DNA of 64,000 nucleotides, taken from contig JAUQVK010000067.1 of NCBI GenBank assembly GCA_039794845.1, forward strand, positions 1-64,000, read 5' to 3'. Positions 57,622-64,000 of this stretch are shown piece by piece. The notes under the pieces were generated by a model that was given only the letters and a program-made list of their open reading frames with translations, made no database searches and was not told where the DNA came from. Every line of letters starts with the position of its first letter. Position 1 is the first letter of the stretch. Position numbers and translations under genes: made by a program. Source of the stretch: Thermostichus sp. DRC_bins_24 (GTDB lineage: Bacteria > Cyanobacteriota > Cyanobacteriia > Thermostichales > Thermostichaceae).

Positions 57622-59436
57622 ATGCGCGAGTTTTCCCTTTGGCACGGTTGGAAGACAGCTGCTTTGGTGGTGAGTTGTAGCAGTCTGGCCTTGGTAGGAG
57701 ATCCCGTCTGGGGGCAGCTTTCCGACATCAGCACCTACTGGGCTGCCCAGTACATCATCGGTTTGAATGAGCGGCAAGTGATCGGTGGGTTCCCCGATGG
57801 TACCTTCCGGCCCAACGAATCGATTACACGCGCCCAATTTGCCGTCATTGTCACCAAGGCCTTTGGACTGGATACCAACGTGCCTTCCCGCCAGTTTGTC
57901 GATCCGATCCCCAGTTGGGCCGCGCCTTCCATTGGGGCAGCGGCGGCGGCAGGATTTGTTTCGGGCTTTCCCGATGGTACTTTTCGACCGAATGATGTGC
58001 TGACCCGTGCCCAAGCGATTACCGTGCTCACCAAAGCGGCTACCAACGATAACTTTATTCAGGATGCCAACCAGATCGACCAGATCCTGGCCGGGTTTAC
58101 CGATGCAGGATTGGTTCCCAACTTTGCTCGTGCCCCCATCGCTACCGCTGTTCAAGAGAGTCTGCTGGTGCTCTACCCCAGCCCCGTACAGTTGAATGCC
58201 CAAGCGGTGGCAACCCGGGGGGAAGTGGCGGCTCTGACTTACCAGGCCCTGGCCAAAGTGGGACGGGTGCCCAATCTTGATCCGCCGGTGGGCGCCGCCA
58301 TTCCTGGCCCCGGCATCAGCACCGAGATCATCGCCGAAGTTACCCCAACTCCCGAACCCCTAGCGACACCGGATATCCCGGTTGAGCCCTTGGTGGAAAC
58401 CCTGCCCACCGCGCCAGAGGTGAGAACCTTCTTTACCCGTGAACCCTTGGGGCTTGTGAATCCCGGGGATACCTTCACGGTGTTCTTACTGGGATCCCCG
58501 GGCGCACAGGCGGTCTTCTCCATTCCTGGCATTGCCTATAACATTCCGCTTCAGGAGACCCGTCCCGGTCAGTATGAGGGAACCTATACCTTCCGCAGCC
58601 AAGACCGGGCCTCGGAGGTGCCCGTCATTGCCCGTCTAGAACGGGATGGCCTGGTCACCTTGGTTCAGTTGCCAGAAAAGACCATCTCGATTGGCCGAGT
58701 AACCGATACCACCTTCCCCACCATTAGCGAGCTTGCCCCTGCCAACGGAGCCACCGTAGAGAATCTTCGCCCGACAATCTCGGCTCGCTTCCAAGATGAC
58801 CAAGGGATTGACCTGAACAGCTTTACCCTGCTGGTAAACAATGTGGATGTGACGGCTCAGGCCCAACTGACTCAGACCACCTTTACCTATACCCCAGCCG
58901 AGCCTCTGCCCACCGATCAACCCACCCTGGTCGCCGTCCAGATTGCCGATACCAGCGGCAACACCGCCATTCAACAGTGGTCTTTCCGGGTACAGGCAGC
59001 ACAGGCAACACCCACCCCGACCCCGACTCCCACCCCCACCCCAACTCCTACGCCTACGCCAACACCCGAACCTACCCCGACCCCAACTCCCACCCCAACT
59101 CCTACGCCTACGCCAACACCCGAACCCACCCCGACCCCAACTCCTACGCCTACGCCAACTCCTACGCCTACGCCAACACCCGAACCCACCCCCACCCCAA
59201 CACCCGAACCCGTTGTGGAGCCTCTCCCCTCGCCCGAGGGCCGTTCTCCCGCAGAGGCTGAGCGACCGGAAGCGGACCCCGAAACCGAAACCCCGGAAAC
59301 AAGCCCAGAGCTGGGGGATCCCTCACCTGAGCCGGAAACCCCAACTTCTGAAGATGAGCCGGAAACCCCAACTTCTGAAGAAGCCTCGCCTGAGCCGGAG
59401 GAGCCCGGCGAACCTACCCCCTCCCCTAGCCCCTAA
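57622..59436 (+). CDS. S-layer homology (SLH) domain surface protein with Pro/Thr linker
   Basis: Signal peptide, GFPDGTFRPN twice, TRAQ/TRGE motifs, beta-rich domains, (PT)n tract and acidic tail. Confidence 0.88.
   Translation: MREFSLWHGWKTAALVVSCSSLALVGDPVWGQLSDISTYWAAQYIIGLNERQVIGGFPDGTFRPNESITRAQFAVIVTKAFGLDTNVPSRQFVDPIPSWAAPSIGAAAAAGFVSGFPDGTFRPNDVLTRAQAITVLTKAATNDNFIQDANQIDQILAGFTDAGLVPNFARAPIATAVQESLLVLYPSPVQLNAQAVATRGEVAALTYQALAKVGRVPNLDPPVGAAIPGPGISTEIIAEVTPTPEPLATPDIPVEPLVETLPTAPEVRTFFTREPLGLVNPGDTFTVFLLGSPGAQAVFSIPGIAYNIPLQETRPGQYEGTYTFRSQDRASEVPVIARLERDGLVTLVQLPEKTISIGRVTDTTFPTISELAPANGATVENLRPTISARFQDDQGIDLNSFTLLVNNVDVTAQAQLTQTTFTYTPAEPLPTDQPTLVAVQIADTSGNTAIQQWSFRVQAAQATPTPTPTPTPTPTPTPTPTPEPTPTPTPTPTPTPTPTPEPTPTPTPTPTPTPTPTPTPEPTPTPTPEPVVEPLPSPEGRSPAEAERPEADPETETPETSPELGDPSPEPETPTSEDEPETPTSEEASPEPEEPGEPTPSPSP
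59008..59211 (+). repeat. (Pro-Thr)n coding tandem repeat
   Basis: Repeated ccaactcctacgcctacgccaacacccgaacc units. Confidence 0.9.
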
Positions 59437-59560
59437 TTGAGAGACCGTCGATCTTAAAATAGTGTTTCAAGAGCTATTTTTGCTTCATCGGGTACCACAT
59501 CTGGTGGGCACAGGTCAGATGGGATGTTAAGCTACTGCCAGTTGTGACCTGGTGGGATCC

Positions 59561-60520
59561 ATGAACCAAGCCTTGCAGCCGATGCAGACGGTTTTGCCTT
59601 GGCCCTCTTGGGTGTTGAGTGGGGTGCTATGGGCCAGTGCTATTGCTCCTGTTGCCGCCCAGGAGTTTGAATTTACACCACAGGGGCAACCTCCAACGGC
59701 CCCCAGTGTGGATCCCATCCCTACCTTGCCGCTGCTGCCGGCTTCGCCGCCGGCCACCTCTGCTGCTCCGCCTGACCTGCCTGCAGTGCCTCAGGTACCC
59801 CAGATGCCACTGGATCTGGAGCCCGAAGCTCCAGCTGTGGATCCCAGTACCGCGCCAATTCCGGTTGTGCCTTTGCAAGCGGCTCCCGGGAGCCGGCCCC
59901 CTTTGGGAGAAGCCTATTCCTATCAACGTCAGCCTGGCCTCAGCCCAGGTGGGAATCTTTCGGGGGCGACGCGAGGGGAGTTGCCACCGGGCACCATCAT
60001 TCCTCTGACGGTTTACCGCGAAATCACCTTTCAGCCCTACCAGGCGATCAACGGCAACCTAGAAGTATCCGATCCGGTGGTGGATCGCTTTGGTCAGGTG
60101 GTGATCCCGGCGGGTAGTGTAGTATGGGGTACTTTTGAGCCGGTTTACCGCGAGATCGATCCCCTCAATCGGGTGGAAGAAAATGCCGATCCCCAAGCAC
60201 GGATTGTCGGCAGTCGCTTTGTGGCCAACCGCATCACCATCGGCCCCTCCACCTATCTGCTCAGCGGTCGTTCTCCTCTGCTGCGAGTCGGTCTGGATCG
60301 CAACGCTGATGTGGGAACAACAGTGGCCCGTGGGGCGGGATATGGGGCGGCTGGCGGGCTGGCCTTGGGGGTTCTTACCGGGGGAGTGGGGTTTTTACCG
60401 ATCATCGCCGGAAGTTTGGCGGGAGCTGCTGCGGGGAGTACCAACATCGATCGGGTGGTGACCTTACAGCCAAATACCCTGGTGGAGCTGGAATTGGCGG
60501 ATAGCCTGATCATCCAATGA
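59561..60520 (+). CDS. secreted Pro-rich protein with glycine-zipper-like segment
   Basis: Signal ..PVAA|QE, LPPGT.IP, IPAGS.V.G, GAGYGAAGGLALG. Confidence 0.7.
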   Translation: MNQALQPMQTVLPWPSWVLSGVLWASAIAPVAAQEFEFTPQGQPPTAPSVDPIPTLPLLPASPPATSAAPPDLPAVPQVPQMPLDLEPEAPAVDPSTAPIPVVPLQAAPGSRPPLGEAYSYQRQPGLSPGGNLSGATRGELPPGTIIPLTVYREITFQPYQAINGNLEVSDPVVDRFGQVVIPAGSVVWGTFEPVYREIDPLNRVEENADPQARIVGSRFVANRITIGPSTYLLSGRSPLLRVGLDRNADVGTTVARGAGYGAAGGLALGVLTGGVGFLPIIAGSLAGAAAGSTNIDRVVTLQPNTLVELELADSLIIQ

Positions 60521-60660
60521 GCCGTAAACTACCCAACGCAATGCCGAACGGCAGGCTAACGCCAATATGCTACGCATGGAGCGCGGGGCGCCTGCGAGTT
60601 CAGCTGAGGTGACTTGGGGCCGGTCGGTAGAGTAGAAGGGAGCCCCCTTGATGTTCCCCC

Positions 60661-61881
60661 ATGGCCTTCTGGATCTACGTTGTGCCCCCTCTGGCCGGGC
60701 TGGTGATCGGCTATTTCACCAATGACATTGCCATCAAAATGCTGTTCCGGCCTTACCGGCCCTATCGGATTTTGGGTCGGCGAATTCCCTTTACCCCTGG
60801 CCTAATCCCCCAAAATCAGCCCCGCTTGGCCAAGCAGATCGCCAACACCATCATGGGATCCCTGCTCACGCCGGAGGAGCTGCACAACTTGGCGCGCAAA
60901 CTGCTGCAAACGGAGCGCATGCAGGCGGGGATCCGCTGGCTACTGGGGGTGGCCTTGGATCGGCTGCAAAACCCCGAACAACAGCAGCAAACGGCTCAGG
61001 TGTTGGCGCGCATTTTGGCGGATCTGTTCAACGAGTCGTTACCGCGCCTGGTGAAGGTGCTGGCGCGCCAAGAAGCCTTTCTGGAGGAGCCGATCAACCA
61101 ACTGTTCGATCAGGTGTTGCTGGATCTGCGCCTCAGTGCCGAGCAAGCCAGACAGCTCTCGGAGTGGATTTGGGAACAGGCGCTGCCGCCGAAGGTGTTG
61201 CGACAAAATCTGGTGGACTTTCTTACGGATCGCAATATCGAGGCGCTAGATGAGGAATTTCGGGAACGAGCGACGGGATCCTACTGGGTGGTGGCCAACT
61301 TGTTTGGTCTAAAAAATGCCCTGCTGCGGCTGCGCACCTATTGCCTGGAAGATCCAGAGGGGGCAGAAGCGATTTTGGAGGGTCTGCTTAAAGACATCAG
61401 CGCCAATCGCCGCCTTACCGAGATTTTGCAGAACCTCTCGCTACAAAACCTGCCGGTTACTGCCGTGCGCCAGTTGCGTCGCGCCCTACGGGAGGGGATC
61501 CAAGATTACCTACGAACCCAAGGGCCGGATCTGCTCCAAGGCTTAGGCCTGACAATCGACTGGGAAAAGGTGGCCAGCCTGGTGTTGGGTCGCTTGCGTA
61601 ACTCAAAAGTGTTGCTCACCTCCATCGATCAGATCAGCGTTGACCTGGCTTTGGTATTGGAGCGCTACTTAGAACGGGATCTGGAATCTCTCATGACGCA
61701 GGTGATCCCCGTCTTGAATTTGGATCAGGTGATCACCGACAAGGTCAATGCCACCTCTCCGGCAGACCTGGAACAGGCGATTCAACAGATCGTGCGCCAA
61801 GAGCTTCAGGCAATTGTCAACCTGGGGGGCATGTTGGGCTTTTTGGTGGGCTGTGTCCAGGTGCTGTTTTTGCTCCTGTAA
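60661..61881 (+). CDS. DUF445 / UPF0754 membrane protein
   Basis: IGYFTNDIAIKMLFRP, TPGLIP, ELQAIVNLGG. Confidence 0.92.
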   Translation: MAFWIYVVPPLAGLVIGYFTNDIAIKMLFRPYRPYRILGRRIPFTPGLIPQNQPRLAKQIANTIMGSLLTPEELHNLARKLLQTERMQAGIRWLLGVALDRLQNPEQQQQTAQVLARILADLFNESLPRLVKVLARQEAFLEEPINQLFDQVLLDLRLSAEQARQLSEWIWEQALPPKVLRQNLVDFLTDRNIEALDEEFRERATGSYWVVANLFGLKNALLRLRTYCLEDPEGAEAILEGLLKDISANRRLTEILQNLSLQNLPVTAVRQLRRALREGIQDYLRTQGPDLLQGLGLTIDWEKVASLVLGRLRNSKVLLTSIDQISVDLALVLERYLERDLESLMTQVIPVLNLDQVITDKVNATSPADLEQAIQQIVRQELQAIVNLGGMLGFLVGCVQVLFLLL

Positions 61882-61958
61882 GGGGGGATCCCACCGCTTC
61901 AATGGAGTTTTGGTGTATCGACGAAACGGAGATCTGCGGGTAGTTCTATGATGGTGGA

Positions 61959-63641
61959 ATGAAATTAACGATTCTCCACACTTCTGACCTGCACGCCAAT
62001 CTCCATCCCTGGAACTATTTCACCGGGACACCTGCGGAGCATGGTCTGGCCAAATTGGCCACTCTGATCAAGCGAGCGCGGGCTGCAACCCAAGACCCTG
62101 TGTTGTTGATCGACAGTGGCGACACCATTCAGGGATCCCCGCTAGCCACCTATTACGCCCAAGTGGAACGGGTCTCGCCCCATCCGTTGGCCCATGCCTT
62201 CAACGCTCTGGCCTACGATGCCTTTACCCCCGGCAATCACGATTTCAACTTTGGGCCGCAGGTTCTACAGGACTTTGTGACGGATCTCCAGTGTCCGGTG
62301 CTCTGTGCCAACATCCTGCGCCAAAACGGGGATCCCCTCTTTCAGCCCTATCGGATCCAAAACCTCCGGGGGATCCGCGTCGGCCTGTTGGGCCTGACCA
62401 CCCCCCGCATCGATACCTGGGAACGCCCCGACCACATTGTCGGCTTGCGCTTTGCCCCTTTGCTGGAGACGGCTCACCACTATCTGCCGCTGCTCCGGCC
62501 TCAGGTGGATGTATTGGTGGTGATTCTGCACAGCGGCCCCAACCATTTGCCCCCAGAACGCACTCCCGAGCACTGGCGAGACCCGGATCGCTCCCACTGG
62601 CGCAGCAACAAGAGTCTCCCGGGAGAAAATGAGCTGCTCACCCTGGCGCAACTACAGGATATCGATGTCATTCTCTCCGGCCATACCCACCAAACCATCG
62701 CTGGGTTGGGTCATCAGCCCCAATGGAGTGACTCAAGGTCACCTTGGGTAGTACAGCCTGGGTTTTGGGGCACCCACCTCTCGCAGGTTTGCTTGGAACT
62801 GGAAGAACGGGCCGAAGGCTGGCAAGTGGTGGGTGGTGAAGCGACACTGCTTTCGGCGGAAGGGATCCCTCCTGATCCGGAATTGCTGGAATTGACGGAG
62901 CCCTACCATCGGGCCACCTTACACTACATCAGCCAGCCGATCGGCCATGTTCGTTCTCCTTATGCGGGTGGGTTAGCAGCCCGTCTGGGGGCCAATCCTC
63001 TGGCGGAACTGCTGCATCAGGCGCAGTTGCAAGCGGCACGCGAGGCGGGGTTTGCAGCCGAACTTTCTCTGGTCAACATCTGTAGCAGCGCCAGCTTGGT
63101 CGCAGGCCCGATTCGACTACAAGATGCCTACAGTCTCACGGTCTACGACAACACTCTCTGTGTTCTGAAGGTAACCGGCGATATCCTGCGGCGAGCACTC
63201 GAACAAACTGCTGCCTACTTTCGACAGTTGGATCCCGGCCATCTTCCAGCAGATCCTACTGCTGTTGTTGCCCCCGATGCCCGTGGCTATACCTTTGACC
63301 TCTACCATGGCATCGACTATTGCTTCGATCTCACTCGCCCCGTGGGGGAACGCCTGGTCGACCTCCGGTTCCGTGGGCAGCCTGTCAAGCCCACGCAGAC
63401 CTTCCGCCTGGCGATTAACCACTATCGAGCTGGCGGGGGCGGCGGCTACAGCATGTTCCAAGAAGCAGAAACCCTGTGGATCTCAGCCGATAGCATCCGC
63501 GATTTCCTCGTCTACTACATCAAGACCCATTCTCCTCTGCAGCCCATCCACAGCCACAACTGGAGATTGATCCCAGATTTGGCGGAGATCTATTTTCCCA
63601 ACTCCATCCGCCGACCTGAGAAAAGCCTGTTGGTAGGCTAG
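61959..63641 (+). CDS. bifunctional metallophosphatase / 5'-nucleotidase (CpdB-like)
   Basis: HTSDLH, DSGDTIQG, GNHDFNFG, SGHTH, NHYRAGGGGGY; no signal peptide. Confidence 0.9.
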   Translation: MKLTILHTSDLHANLHPWNYFTGTPAEHGLAKLATLIKRARAATQDPVLLIDSGDTIQGSPLATYYAQVERVSPHPLAHAFNALAYDAFTPGNHDFNFGPQVLQDFVTDLQCPVLCANILRQNGDPLFQPYRIQNLRGIRVGLLGLTTPRIDTWERPDHIVGLRFAPLLETAHHYLPLLRPQVDVLVVILHSGPNHLPPERTPEHWRDPDRSHWRSNKSLPGENELLTLAQLQDIDVILSGHTHQTIAGLGHQPQWSDSRSPWVVQPGFWGTHLSQVCLELEERAEGWQVVGGEATLLSAEGIPPDPELLELTEPYHRATLHYISQPIGHVRSPYAGGLAARLGANPLAELLHQAQLQAAREAGFAAELSLVNICSSASLVAGPIRLQDAYSLTVYDNTLCVLKVTGDILRRALEQTAAYFRQLDPGHLPADPTAVVAPDARGYTFDLYHGIDYCFDLTRPVGERLVDLRFRGQPVKPTQTFRLAINHYRAGGGGGYSMFQEAETLWISADSIRDFLVYYIKTHSPLQPIHSHNWRLIPDLAEIYFPNSIRRPEKSLLVG

Positions 63642-63815
63642 AAAGGGTGCCGTGGGATCCCTTCTCCATCCCGCTGGTTTCGAGGGAAGTCGGTAGAATA
63701 CGATCAGCACGGTAGCCTGGTTTGGCCCGGCTTACCCTCGACTTTGGGATTTTCAAGCCTGCCAGACCGTGGCTTCACCGGCATTACACCCATTGCTCAC
63801 ACTTTGCTTCAACCC

Positions 63816-64000
63816 ATGACCTCTGAAGAAAAGCAACCGATGCCCCCAGAAGATACCTATCCTGAACTGCAGGAGGAAGAGATCGATGTGGAGGCGGAGC
63901 TGGAAAAGCTGATCCTAGAAGACAGCGAGGCAGAAAGCGGTGCTACCGCAGGGGAAGCCAGTGCCGAGCCCACCCTCGCCCAGAGCGAAGCCCTAAAGCA
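63816..64000 (+). CDS. acidic N-terminus of a CDS running off the window, possibly GrpE
   Basis: Manual translation MTSEEKQPMPPEDTYPELQEEEIDVEAELEKLILEDSEAE...EALK; the conserved GrpE core is not visible. Confidence 0.5.
   Translation, partial: MTSEEKQPMPPEDTYPELQEEEIDVEAELEKLILEDSEAESGATAGEASAEPTLAQSEALK

Noticed and set aside
59008..59211. Regular repeats that could suggest a CRISPR array, plus the antisense (GV)n ORF 58971-59195
   Set aside because: No unique spacers; this is the in-frame Pro-Thr linker of the SLH protein

Overview
A 64-kb chromosomal segment of a cyanobacterium. The very dense GGGATCCC palindrome, a SyB-Cph1-type knotless phytochrome and a CAB-less ferrochelatase point to the thermophilic hot-spring Synechococcus/Thermostichus clade (inference). 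Most of the window is housekeeping and photosynthesis genes: petN, leuA, pnp, an hli gene, ilvA, groEL2 with CIRCE, ycf39, the ndhF3-ndhD3-cupA-cupS CO2-uptake operon, moaC/moaD, hemH, a tRNA nucleotidyltransferase, sphR, ubiA, ahcY, argG and pyk. Small accessory items are scattered among them. (1) A 1.2-kb AT-rich cassette bounded by a perfect 38-bp direct repeat anchored on the GGGATCCC palindrome, with its own sigma70 promoter and a decayed secreted-peptide plus membrane-protein pair. (2) Three copies of a MITE-like element with TACAGCCCTT termini. (3) An internally deleted IS200/IS605 tnpB element whose right end supplies the stop codon of sphR. (4) A four-repeat Pho box in front of an ABC transporter that would normally be annotated as Fe3+ uptake. 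(5) An MNT antitoxin pseudogene inside the CO2-uptake operon. (6) A Vat-like acetyltransferase split at a G9 tract. (7) A 53-aa membrane ORF right after petN that is below the ORF-track cutoff. No rRNA, tRNA or CRISPR array was seen. All calls come from reading the sequence; no database searches were run.
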